This document shows, in pieces, positions 12,723 to 25,834 of a stretch of DNA of 64,000 bases; within the stretch, counting starts at the first letter, position 1; each line of letters begins with the position of its first letter. Below the pieces are notes generated by a model that ran no database searches, was not told the DNA's origin, and saw nothing but the letters and a program-made list of their open reading frames with translations. Both the position numbers and the translations under genes were made by a program. Source of the DNA: Hamiltosporidium tvaerminnensis FI-OER-3-3 (taxonomy: Eukaryota; Fungi; Microsporidia); the NCBI GenBank assembly GCA_022605425.2, contig CM061248.1, forward strand, positions 930,001 through 994,000, in the 5' to 3' direction.

Positions 12723-15105
12723 TTAAGGGAAATTATATATAAATTCGGAATCTAGGTATGCATTAACTTCATTTAATCTTTCACTTCGAATTGGTTTCAT
12801 TAAGACGAATTCTGTATTCTTAAAGTTTTTTCTACGAATGTTTTGAACAATTTTATAATCAATTGTATCTAAAGCAATAGATAAACTTAATAAATTTTTG
12901 TAAGATCCCAAAAGATGGATGTCCTCAGGCGTAATTCCAGTACGATGTATCGTTATAGAAATTACTGTATCGAATAAATTAAAATTCTCGAAAACTTTTT
13001 TAAAAGCTATTCTTTCTGTTAAGCCGTAAAAATTTATATCAACAAATTTTAGTTTGTTCATTTTTGGAAAAAATTGAAAATCGATTTCTGTAAATTGATA
13101 GAAAGTTAAAAATATCGAGTTAAGTCTTGAAAAATCATAAATTTTAGATAAAAAATAAAGAAACTTTTTCATTTGATCATTCATATACGATGATGATTCT
13201 CAATTCAAATGTTTTAAAAATATCTTTTCGGTCATATTTTTACTAAAAAAATCAAGAAGGTTGTTATACGGCTTTCTCGAAGCTAATTTTTTCTAATTAA
13301 AATGTGTCTTTTCTATTTTATATTAAGAAACACATTTAAACTTTAAAAAATACTTAAAAGTCTCGATTCGATACAAAATTTAGAATTAGAAAGAATTAAA
13401 GTCTTTGGATTGAAATTTAAAGTATAATTTCTATCAAACAATTTTTCGTTGTAGGAACACTCGAAATTCTTTATTTCGATGGAAAATAATGAAGTTGTTT
13501 CAAAAATATATATCAGTAACTCATTAGATACTATTATATTTTCAAAATATATATGCTTTAGAGTTTACAATATCTTAAAGCGACATAAACTTGGCTATCA
13601 AGTTTTTGTGAATATAATGACTCGAGCATATAAATCTTAATTTTTTTAGTATTCATCCATTCAAAACGGAATATATCGTAACAATATCTAAGAAAATCGC
13701 CGTAGAAATACCTATAATATACACTTATAAATGGAGTTTGGTTTAGAGGAATGCCTTTTAAATATCCATCAATTTTGCAATACATAGGAAAAAACAAAAG
13801 GTTATTTGGCATACATTTCAATATACCCGGATCACTATTATCATAAATATAGTCTGATGAAACAACTTTATATGATGTATTTAAATTCTCAGAACAGAAA
13901 TCTATTAAAAATCGCAAAGTATTAAAATCGATTTTACGTGTTTTTATTGAAATTTTTACCATGTTTTTGTAAGACACCAATATCTCTTTTAATTCCTCCA
14001 AGGTGAAATCAAATTCAAACTTCAAAACTTTTAGGTTTTTAAAAATTTATAATTTTTCATTTTTAAAAGTAGTTTTGTCGCATTTTTTATTGAATGGATA
14101 TAAAATATTTCCGAAGGAAGCTTTGCACCAGAAACAATTTCAAAAATACTTCTAAGTGTTTCTTCTAATGCAAATGCAAAGTAAATAAAATCTATTCGTG
14201 TGATTTTAAGTAAAAAACCCAAATATTACGTAGAAGATATGAGGTCATCAACTTCGATAATTTTTTTTCGTTAAAATCATTTAATCGTAAACAAATTTTA
14301 TTTCTTTGAAGCATTTTGTTTTTTTCCTGATAAAAAACAGAACCTTCAATCTTGAAAACATGTTATCTTGGTTTCTTTTAAAACAAGATAGTGCTTGGTC
14401 CTGTTTTTTATTAAAATAAACCAATTCCATGAAAAATACCAATAAATCTCTCGATAATGATCGCTTTGTATCATGGAGAAGATAATTATAATAACTTTCA
14501 TTTAAATAAAAACCAAAAGACAATGTATTCAGGCATATACAAGAATTCTTAGCAATTCTTTAATAAATAGATCTCTCTGCTTAGATTTTTTAATATCTAA
14601 TATAGTAATAATTCTTAAGATTTCCAGAAAAGCCTTAATCGTTATTTGATTAGTAAGAATATTCGATTTCTTTACCAATTCAAGGAAAAGAAGAAAATTT
14701 GAGCTTGAAATATTTTTTATAAACACTCTAAAAGTTGTTTTTTCTCTATCAAATAAGGATTTTAAAAGTGTATAATTGAGTAGCATATTTTTCGTGTATG
14801 GCATTGCTATAATATCTGGATTATAATATTTTGTTGTTCCAAACTTACGTTCCTGGGATAATATGTTGTTTTGAAACAATATAATTTTCTTATACTCATT
14901 GAAATATTCTATATTTTCACTGTTAAACATATTTTCGATAGTATGAGCGCTTTTTATTAGATTTGAAATACTGTTCTCTTCGTTTATAATATAAAATGAT
15001 ACGCTTGTAAGAGAAGCTATGAGCACACATGTAGTAAAAAGATAAAATATAGAGGAAAGGAATTGCAGTAAGACATTTTTTATGTTGAATGTATATGGGT
15101 TTCAT
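12723..15105 (-). pseudogene. Lineage-specific secreted LRR-like family gene, fragmented
   Basis: Collinear chain of minus-strand ORFs: 14923-15105, 14529-15026, 14281-14523, 14031-14222, 13558-14025 and 12723-13184. Hydrophobic N-terminus and C-terminal LRR-like units (FPKMNKLKFVDINF, LGSYKNLLSLSIAL). Confidence 0.65.
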
Positions 15106-15160
15106 GTAATTAATAAGTTAATTACTGAAAAAATATATCAGTTTTTATTTATTAATTAAT

Positions 15161-18100
15161 TTATTTAATAAAATTCTGGGTTAAAATATTTTAACATTTT
15201 TATATGTTTTCTTCTACCTCTTTAACCACTATTGTTTCTTCTTCCAAATCCGACTCTTCATTTATGTTATTGGTCGGTTCCTCCAGAGTGGTTCCTCCTT
15301 GTGAAATAAGGGGTGTATTATTTTTTGGTTTTAAAATTTTAACACCATCTTCCTCTCTTTTCGCTTCTTTTAAAGGGGGTATTGGTTCCTCATGCATCTC
15401 TGATCTCATAATAACACCCATTGACGCTCTCTCCCAGCTCTCTTCGGCATTTAGTCCTGACTCAAGTCCTCTTCGTCGATCAAAGGAAATTGTTTCGACT
15501 GTTTTCTTAAGTACTATATACTGAATGTATGCCTCTACATTCATGGGTATTTCTAGTCTTTTAAGATGAGATTTATGGTATTTTGTCACAATACCGTCCC
15601 AGGTCATCACATAAGGGATTATCTCAACACTACACCTATAAATAAGACCCAACTCATTGGCTAGCAGGTCATACTTCCTAAGTTTTTTCAGTTTCAACTA
15701 TTTGAAGTGAATCTTGGGAAGTGATTCCTACTTCAATGAGTGTTATCTTATTCTTCTTCTTATCTAAAATAAATATGTCCGGTCTGTTATTCCGAATTTT
15801 AACATCAGTTTTAATTCTGGTGTCCACTCTTATCTCTGCATACTCATTATCAAGAATTTCTTGAACTGAGTGGCTCCTTATTCGTTTTGAAGACTTAAAC
15901 TTATATCTATTTAGAAGAAGAAGGTGTAGGCATCTGACCACTTCATTATGCCGTCTAGTGTAATCATGGCCTAGCATTTTTTCGCATCTAGTTGCTAGAT
16001 GATCCACAGTCTTACCAGACTTCCCGCAATGTTGACACACACCATCTGCTCCCCAGAATACATTTCTATCCTGGATATAGCAGAACACAGCTTCATTTCG
16101 TGGCCTAATATTTCCTCTCTTTAGCCACCTTGAAGAGTCACTAACACTCACAAGCTCATTTTTTCTTGCATTATATAACTTTGAATGGAGTTTTCGTTTT
16201 TCTATTTCGTTATATAGTTTTGCAAGTTGAGCTTCTTCTAAACTTTTCTTAGTGACTTCTTCTACCAACCTGTACTTTACTTTTAAGAAGCCTTTTATTA
16301 GTGCAAGATGGGTTTTATTATTATTCTCCACCTTGAGGATTGCTGCTCGTCTAGTTGATATTTCTTTACTTTTTTCCAGACAATCCAAGAGTTGCAGAAG
16401 CATATGTTCGCTTCTCAACTCAACACTATGTAGGCCTCTTCCAAGTTCTGTTCTAGGAAGATACAACCGCTCTTTACATCCTGGGCGGAGATGTATCTTA
16501 TTTTTAACCAACACCGCACGCACTGCATCATCTAACTTAGAGAAGTCAGCCGGTTCAAGTCGAAGTACTCCTATGTGGTAGTTGATTAACGATATCGCAT
16601 GTTGATTGATTGCAGAAAATAAATTTTTTGCGTTTAATCTAGTGTGACAAAGTCTTTCAACTCTTGATATAAGTTTGCTCTGTACTTCTTCAAATGAGCT
16701 ACGTGTTGGGATTCCTCTGCTATCTTCTATTATTCCTAAATATTTGTAAACACTAACACCTTCTAGAAGAGTAGCAGTATCTTCACAACACGTATCATTT
16801 GTGGCTGACTTCTCTTTGTTAATCTCTAACCTAATCACCTTTAAAAATTCCTTTGCCTCGTCTGTTATAGTACTCAATGTGGAGCTGTCTTTTGCAAGGA
16901 GCTTAAAATCATCAATAAAAAGAGATGATTAGTAGAATGGGATTCTGCATCTGTTTGTACTGTCACTTTTGTGTATTTTTCATTAAGCTTTCGGCTTAAT
17001 GGATCCATACACAACACAAATAACAAAGGTGACAGACTATCTCCTTGTAGAATCCCTCTATCAATCTTCTTGCTCATGATTTTTTCAGGCCCTACTGATA
17101 TATCAATTTTCCATTTTGATATAATTACCTTAATAAATTTCAGGATCCAATCAGGTAAATTAAGGTTTTCAATGCATTGAGTTAAATAAGCATGATCTAT
17201 TGAATCATAAGCTTTTTTAACATCAATCCATGTTGCCTTAAGATTATTTCCATACTCTTTATTTAAGGCAATATTCAGTAGAGCCTGCTCTTTCGCTCCC
17301 TGCACACCTCTTACCGCCCCTAGTTGGTTCTCTGCAAGCAACCCTCGCCTTTCCACTTCAAGTTGAACGACTTTCGTTACACACTTTGTCGTTAACTTAT
17401 AGAGGTTGGACATACAAGTGATTGGCCTGTAGTCAGAGCCTCTTCGTGGAATTCCTTTCGGTATCAAATACGTAAGCCCGCAGTAAAACCAATCAGCTTG
17501 AGGTGTTCCTTCTAAACATATAACTTTCACAATATCATAAAGATATTTGTGAAGAGTTGTAAGTTTCTTAATGAAAAAATTGTAAATACCATCAATTCCA
17601 GCAGCTTTCCAATTAGGGAGCCAATTAATGATATTCACAAATTCATCAAGTGAAGGAAACGTGGTCGGATGATTATCTGATACAAATGGAATCAAATAAT
17701 CATCGTACGTGACTGTGTTCTCATTTTTGTTCCACATTGTAGACCAAAAATTCACAATTTCATCACGGCTAACCACATGCTCGGATTCCACACGCTCGGA
17801 TAACCCACGATAAAATCGACCTCGGAAAAGCTCAAACATACGATTCTCTTTTCGGAATTGCTTCCTACTTTCATGCATCGTAATTTTTTTCTCGTAAACA
17901 TTCAAAGACTCATTCTTCTTAACTAAAGCCTCAGAAAGATCAGTTACGCTGCTCAAGTTTAAATTAAACTCTCGCATGATTTTCTTAAGGCTCTTCGTTT
18001 CCGAAGTGGAGAGCTTTTCCTGCTTACGAGCTTTCTCGAGGAGATCTTTGGAAAGTACTAACTTAGAAATTTTACTTTCTATGTGTTCCTTCCAAGCGGA

Positions 18101-18965
18101 TCTAGGCTTCTCTTTACGTGTTGCCTCGTCATAGCATACCTGCGCAGCTTGCATGATATACGCGGCTTCCGTAATTGACTCAGGTACATGAGCTCCTGCA
18201 TATTCACCGACTACTCGATTTATGAGATCCAGAACTTTACTATCAACCAATTCATTTGGATGTTTTCTAGTTCGGACCACCACTTTTCCAATTTCGTTCT
18301 CAGAGATTTCTTTGATTTTACTCAAGAATTTATCTCTCAGGTTTATGTACTCCGTGGTGTCGGTCAAGGTGCATGTATCAGCGAGACAAGTGGCGATTCT
18401 ACGTCGCTCTCCATTCTCTTCTGATTTTACATCCTTTCCCATCTCACTTTGTGCCAATTTTTTTAACACTTCGAGAGTTTCAGTGCAGCCGAATTTCTCA
18501 TTATAGTACCTGTGAAGCTCTGTCCAGCCATTTCTTGGCATTCTTTCAAACCTTGTCTGTACTGCAAAAAAAACAATTCAAGGCCATTCCTTCGGGTCGG
18601 CTGTTACGGAATCGAATATCGTCCGCAATGCCATTAGCCTGTTACCTTCCGGAATAGCTAGAGTACAGGGGCTTGTCATGTCGTACGATGGCTCGCACGC
18701 AGAGACTTCAACCGAAGAGGGAACTGGTGCGTTAGGCGAAGGTAAGGTGTCAAGCCCACTATTTTGCATTTTACAGCATGTTTGGCTTGGTGGTGGAGGT
18801 GTTATTGTTGTGTAGGAGGAGGAAGGTAGGGGAATCGCCGGTGGGTGTAGCTTACATTTTTGTATCTCACTATCACTCTTTTTCACCTCATCAGCGTCGT
18901 TTGCAGCCTTTATTTTGGTATTATTCGATATTTCGCTGCTAACATTTTTCTTTCTACCCATTAAT
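15161..18965 (-). mobile_element. Non-LTR retrotransposon copy B (R4/Dong-like), full length, with 13-bp TSD and three lesions
   Basis: One long ORF from the ATG at 18961 to the stop at 15200. It is broken by a CGA>TGA change (18578-18580), a 1-nt deletion near 16917-16921 and a 1-nt insertion near 15685. Motifs include WKAAGIDG, YRPITC, DVKKAYDS, QGDSLSP, YKYLG, RLYLPRTELGRGL, CCHC and PD-(D/E)xK. TSD tttattaattaat at 15148-15160 and 18966-18978. Confidence 0.97.
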
Positions 18966-19119
18966 TTTATTAATTAATAATATTAATTAAATATGGCGGA
19001 AGGAAATACTATATGTTTTAAAACGTATGTTATATTAAAAAATAATTTAATATGGATCACAAAGGTCGTGACTAATCAAGATCCAAAGCTTAAGTTTGTA
19101 ACTTGGGCCAATAAAGAGA

Positions 19120-19437
19120 TTATTTTTCTTGTGATAGACCAAGCTTAATCATTTGCGTAAATTTTTTTTTATTATAGTTAGAACATAACCTCTCTTTTAA
19201 TTTAAAAAAACGGCGTGAGGCATTAAAGCCATTAACTTCTATAATATGAGCAAATAGAAGGAAAATACTAAAAAATAAAGAAAATGAATTATAACATCTA
19301 TTTTTCGAACGCAACAACAATAAACAAAGTATGAAAGGTGAGAAAATTGAACCAGGTATTGAAGAAGACAACGTTTCGAAAAAAAAGAGGTTCTCTAAAT
19401 CGAAAAAAGACACAATAAATTTGAAGACTGCATTCAA
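19120..19437 (-). CDS. Hypothetical small membrane protein or gene fragment
   Basis: 105-aa ORF with a non-ATG start in the track and two hydrophobic stretches. No family recognised. Confidence 0.2.
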   Translation of the reverse strand: MNAVFKFIVSFFDLENLFFFETLSSSIPGSIFSPFILCLLLLRSKNRCYNSFSLFFSIFLLFAHIIEVNGFNASRRFFKLKERLCSNYNKKKFTQMIKLGLSQEK

Positions 19438-19939
19438 AATAATTTTAATTAAATAATTGTTCTAAAGAATAATAGAATTATGATAAATATTGTTTCAAAA
19501 AAATTTAAAAGAAATTTTTGTCGATTTTATATTAAAAATTACATTTTTATTATAAAAAACTATTTGATTATGAGCATCGTGAAATCGACAACTAGAATTT
19601 TTATTATATAATTTAAGAATCAATCGAATTAATTAATTTAATTAAGTTTAAAAGAAAATATTTTTTCATCAAAAAAATATAACAAATAATGTGTATATAT
19701 TGTTGATTTTTTCTAGTAAAATTTATAATTATAAAAGAAGTTAAAATTTTTTTTGAATCAATAATTACAAACCCAATTCAGCAATAATTTTTAAAAAATA
19801 GATCGCTTTTTAAATTCTAAATTATATTGCAATCATAAAAAATATTAATTCTTATCAAGTAGATTAAAGGTAAGCTTTTTGGGCTTAACTTATATAATAT
19901 AAAAAAAGCTTTTGATTATGAATAAAAATACGATCTTAA

Positions 19940-20900
19940 ATGTCCCAATGTCGAATGAAAGCTATAGAATGGAATCAATCAGAAATCAAAACAACAAATA
20001 GATATATTTTCGCTCACTATATTCTTACAAACAACGGCGTATCTGCTAATACTTCTTCTCACAACCAACAGGCGTTAAGTGAAAGATCTCAAAACCAAAA
20101 CTGTAATATGGATAACAACCTATGTAATTTTAATCTAGAATTGCAACATGCGAATCGACATAATAGTTCGTATTTTAACCTGGAATTTAAATATATTTTT
20201 AAGCTTTTCCTTCGGAATACCCTTTTAATGCTTTTATCCGCCACTTCGGTATTTAAAAATGTTTTCATTACACTTTTCTTGCTTTATTATTTAGTTTTTA
20301 TATATATATTTTACAAATATATAAAAGGAATTAATAATATAGATATCTTTTGATCGGTTTTTGGATTTTTTTTTATTTTAGCAAATGTTTTTTTAGTGCA
20401 AATAGTTATATAGGCTGTATTAGAGAATATATTTATGTTATGGCACAAAAAAGTTTGTAGGTTTGATATTTATTGATATTTTAAAAAATAGTACCAAATA
20501 TTATATATAAAATGTAATATCTTAAAAATGTATAGCTCTTGAATTATTTATTAAATTTTTCTTCAAAGATTTGGTCTTTGGACACAAAAAATGTTTTGAA
20601 ATCCATTTTTCCTCAAAATATATTTGATAGCTTAAACTTAAATCGAATTATAAATATCTATCATAAACATGGTAGATATTTTTTTATCATTTTCAGTCTT
20701 TAAAAAAATGATATTTGAATGTGAAAATTGTAATTTAATGTTTTGAATCCGAGGTTTTATTCAGTTATTTTCTACGTTTTTCTAGTTTTTCTTACAATTA
20801 ATATGCATTTATGATGTCCTATTAAAATGTTTGTGTCATATGTCTTCTATTTAAAGTCATATTTCCTGCATATTATGGTATATTTCATATAGTTATCGTT
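19940..20900 (+). pseudogene. Disrupted multi-pass membrane protein gene
   Basis: ORF 19940..20353 has a hydrophilic N-terminus followed by TM segments. Hydrophobic coding-like sequence continues past the stop. End coordinate is approximate. Confidence 0.35.
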
Positions 20901-22024
20901 TATAAAATGGTAGATTATATCATTTATTCTCTCTTAAATCGAATAGATGTATTTTAATTTTGTTTGTTTAAGTTGCAATTCATACAAACTTTTCTTGATA
21001 ATTAAAAATACTTTGATTTTTTTTTTAAAAATACATTAAAAACATTTTTTTGACGCTAGGTATGAATAAAATATCTTTAATCACAATATTATACCTTAAT
21101 GATAAATCAATTAGAATATTTTTTTTCTATTATTTTTATTCAGGTTGCTCTAAGAATATTTTACGCTTTTTGTATATTTTACGGTCGATTTGAATAATCA
21201 AGGCATTTTAATAGATTTGAGAAAATTATGGTTTTTTCTATTTTCGATTAAATTTACGATGCCACGATCTATTTTCACGCTTTGATAAATATACATAAAT
21301 TCGGCAAGGTGTGTCTACCACCATTCTAAACGACTAATCTCAAAAATTATCGGCCTGTCTATTGTATGACTCGCACTTCAAGATGTTTACGATTGTTTAA
21401 GCTCTTTCTTTATAGAGTTTTTGCTAGCCAAAATTATTTTTGAGTTCTTTTTTTTTATATTATTAGTTATTTTCCAAAATAATATAATAAAGAGTGGATT
21501 TTAATCGTTATTACTCTCTTGAACGAAAATCTAATTATTTGTGCTCATTAAAGTTCATAATAGGTGAATTTTCACAAACAAGACGTCAAATTTGGGACTA
21601 TTCATGCTTCGCAGTCAATGCCATGTCTCCCGCTTAATTACATTTTTAAATATTCCCCTAGCGTTATTAAAGTAACTGGTCGTTATTATAGATCCCAAAT
21701 GGTAATTGTGAACGTAACATATATTACACTTTTATGCTAGAAATCTAAATATTTTATCCAATAGTTCTATGTTCGTACTAAATATTCACTGAATTTTAAA
21801 TTAATGTATTTTAAGACATAAATTGGATCTATAATACAAAAAACATGTGTTTAAAACGCCCAGATACACATAAAATTATCAAAGGTTATAAAATATGGCT
21901 ATAAAGCAAAAGATTAAAAATCGCATTTTTTGTAGCTTTTAATTCCTTTTGCAAAAAAAATATGTTTATAAATTCCGAATATATTTTTTTCGTTTATTTT
22001 GAGTATGTTTTTTATCTATATTCA

Positions 22025-25000
22025 TAAAAGCAAAATGGGTAGAAAGAAAAATGTTAGCAGCGAAATATCGAAAAATACCAAAATAAAGGCTGCAAACGAC
22101 GCTGATGAGGTGAAGAAGAGTGGTAGTGAGGTCCAAAAATGTAAGCTACACCCACCGGCGATTTCCCTACCTTCCTCCTCCTACACAACAATAACACCTC
22201 CACCACCAAGCCAAACATGCAGTAAAATGCAAAATAGTGGGCTTGACACCTTACCCTCGCCTAATGCACCAGTTCCCTCTTCGGTTGAAGTCTCTGCGTG
22301 CGAGCCATCGTACGACATGACAAACCCCTGTACTCTAGCTATTCCGGAAGGTAACAGGCTAATGGCATTGCGGACGATATTCGATTCCGTAACAGCCGAC
22401 CCGAAGGAATGGCCTCGAATTGTTTTTTTTGCAGTACAGACAAGGTTTGAAAGAATGCCAAGAAATGGCTGGACAGAGCTTCACAGGTACTATAATGAGA
22501 AATTCGGCTGCACTGAAACTCTCGAAGTGTTAAAAAAATTGGCGCAAAGTGAGATGGGAAAGGAAGTAAAATCAGAAGAGAATAGAGAGCGACGTAGAAT
22601 CGCCACTTGTCTCGCTGATACATGCACCTTGACCGACACCACGGAGTACATAAACCTGAGAGATAAATTCTTGAGTAAAATCAAAGAAATCTCGGAGAAC
22701 GAAATTGGAAAAGTGGTGGTCCGAACTAGAAAACATCCAAATGAATTGGTTGATAGTAAAGTTCTGGATCTCATTAACCGAGTAGTCTATGAATATGCCG
22801 GAGTTCATGTACCTGAGTCAATTACGGAAGCCGCGTATATCATGCAAGCTGCGCAGGTATGCTATGACGAGGCAACACGTAAAGAGAAGCCTAGATCCGA
22901 TTGGAAGGAAAACATAGAAAGTAAAATTTCTAAGTGTGTACTTTCCAAAGATCTTCTCGAGAAGGCTCGTAAGCAGGAAAAGCTCTCCACTTCGGAAACG
23001 AAGAGCCTTAAGAAAATCATGCGAGAGTTTAATTTAAACTTGAGCAGTGTAACTGATCTTTCTGAAGCTTTAGTTAAGAAGAATGAGTCTTTGAATGTTT
23101 ACGAGAAAAAAATTACGATGCATGAAAGTAGGAAGCAATTCCGAAAAGAGAATCGTATGTTTGTGCTTTTCCGAGGTCGATTTTATCGTGGGTTATCTGA
23201 GAGTGTGGAATCCGAGCATGTGGTTAGTCGTGATGAAATTGTGAGTTTTTGGTCTACAATGTGGAACAAAAATGATGACACAGTCACGTATGATGATTAT
23301 TTGATTCCATTTGTATCAGATAATCATCCGACCACGTTTCCTTCACTTGATGAATTTGTAAATATCATTAATTGGCTTCCCAATTGGAAAGCTGCTGGAA
23401 TTGATGGTATTTACAATTTTTTCATTAAGAAACTTACAATTCTTCACAAATATATTTATGATATTGTGAAGGTCATATGTTTAGAAGAAACAACTCAAGC
23501 TGATTGGTTTTACTGCGGGCTTACGTATTTGATACCGAAAGGAATTCCACGAAGAGGCTCTGACTACAGGCCAATCACTTGTATGTCCAACCTCTATAAG
23601 TTAACGACAAAGTGTGTAACGAAAGTCGTTCAAATTGAAGTAGAAAGGCGAGGGTTGCTTGCAGAGAACCAATTAGGGGCGGTAAGAGGTATGCAGGGAG
23701 CGAAAGAGCAGGCTCTACTGAATATTGCTTTAAATAAAGAGTATGAAAATAATCTTAAGGCAACATGGATTGATGTTAAAAAAGCTTATGATTTAATAGA
23801 TCATGCTTATTTAACTCAATGCATTGAAAACCTTAATTTACCTGATTGGATCCTGAAATTTATCAAGGTAATTATATCAAAATGGAAAATTGATATATCA
23901 GTAGGGCCTGAAAAAATCATGAGCAAGAAGATTGATAGAGGGATTCTACAAGGAGATAGTCTGTCACCTTTGTTATTTGTGTTGTGTATGGATCCATTAA
24001 GCCGAAAGCTTAATGAAAAATACACAAAAGTGACAGTACAAACAGATGCAGAATCCCATTCTACTAATCATCTCTTTTTATTGATGATTTTAAGCTCCTT
24101 GCAAAAGACAGCTCCACATTGAGTACTATAACAGACGAGGCAAAGGAATTTTTAAAGGTGATTAGGTTAGAGATTAACAAAGAGAAGTCAGCCACAAATG
24201 ATACGTGTTGTGAAGATACTGCTACTCTTCTAGAAGGTGTTAGTGTTTACAAATATTTAGGAAAAATAGAAGATATTAGAGTAATCCCAACACGCAGCTC
24301 TTTTGAAGAAGTAAGGTGCTAATTTATATCAAGAGTTGAAAGACATTGTCACATTAGATTAATTTCAGAAAAAAAAAATTCAGCAATCAATCTACATGCG
24401 ATATGTTAATCAACTATCACATAAGAGTACTTCGATTTGAACCGGCTGACTTATTTAAGTTTAATGATGCAGTGCGTGTTTTGTTGGTGAATAATAAGAT
24501 ACATCTCCGCCCAGGATGTAAAGAGCGTTTTTATCTTCCTAGAACAGAACTTGGGAGAGGCCTACATAGTGTTGAGTTACGAAGCGAACATATGCTTCTG
24601 CAACTCTAGGATTGTCTGGAAAAAAGTAAAGAAATATACACTAGACGAGCAGCAATCCTCAAGGTGGAGAATAATAATAAAACCCATCTTGCACTAATAA
24701 AAGGCTTCTTAAAAGTAAAGTACAGGTTGGTAGAAGAAGTCACTAAGAAAAGTTTAGAAGAAGCTCAACTTGCAAAACTATATAACGAAATAGAAAAACG
24801 AAAACTCCATTCAAAGTTATATAATGCAAGAAAAAATGAGCTTGTGAGTGTTAGTGACTCTTCAAGATGGCTAAAGAGAGGAAATATTAGGCCACGAAAT
24901 TAAGCTGTGTTCTGCTATATCCAGGATAGAAATGTATTCTGGGGAGCAGATGGTGTGTGTCAACATTGCGGGAAGTCTGGTAAGACTGTAGATCATCTAG

Positions 25001-25834
25001 CAACTCGATGTGAAAAAATGCTAGGCCATGATTACACTAGACGGCATAATGAAGTGGTTAGATGCCTACACCTACTTCTCCTAAATAGATATAAGTTTAA
25101 GTCTTCAAAACGAATAAGGAGTCACTCAGTTCAAGAAATTCTTGATAATGAGTATGCAGAGATAAGAGTGGACACCAAATTAAAACTGCTGTTAAAATTC
25201 GGAATAACAGACCGGAAATATTTATTTTAGATAAGAAGAAGAATAAGATGACACTCATTGATGATGGAATCACCTCCAAAGATTCACTTCAAATAGTTTA
25301 AACTAAAATACCTAGGAAGTATGCCGGCTGCCAATGAGTTCGGTCTTATTTATAAGTGTAGTGTTGAGATAATCCCTTATGTGATGACCTGGGACGGTAT
25401 TGTGACAAAATACTATAAATTATGCCTTAAAAGACTAGAAATACCCATAAATTTAGAAGCATTTATATAGTCTTTATTACTTAAGAAGACGATCGAAACA
25501 ATTTCCTTTGATCGACGAAGAGGACTTGAGTCAGGACTAAATGCCGAAGAGAGCTGGGAGAGAGCGTCAATGGGTGTTATCATGAGATCAGAGATGCACG
25601 AGGAACCAACACCCTCTTTAAAAGAAGAGAAGAGAGAGGAAGATGGTGCAAAAAATTTTAAACCGAAAAATAAAGCACCCCTTATTTCACAAGGAGGAAC
25701 GACTTTAGAGGAACCGACTAATAACATAAATAAAGAGTCCGATTTGGAAGAAGAGACAGAAGTGGTTAAGGAGGTAGAAGAAAACATGTAAAAAATGGTA
25801 AAAATATTTTAACCCAGAATTTTATTAAATAAAA
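22025..25834 (+). mobile_element. Non-LTR retrotransposon copy C (R4/Dong-like), full length, with 8-bp TSD
   Basis: ORF from the ATG at 22035 is open to the frameshift at 24075-24079. The 3' half has several stops and indels, with the final stop at 25789-25791. TSD tatattca at 22017-22024 and 25835-25842. Highly similar to copy B in inverted orientation. Confidence 0.97.

Noticed and set aside
16252-18657. Plus-strand ORFs inside copy B, and their equivalents in A and C
   Set aside because: These are antisense shadows of the retrotransposon ORF, repeated only because the element is repeated.
21999-22034. N-terminal extension MSMFFIYIHKSK of the 707-aa ORF
   Set aside because: It lies largely outside the element and spans the TSD. 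Copy B shows the shared start is MGRKK at 22035.
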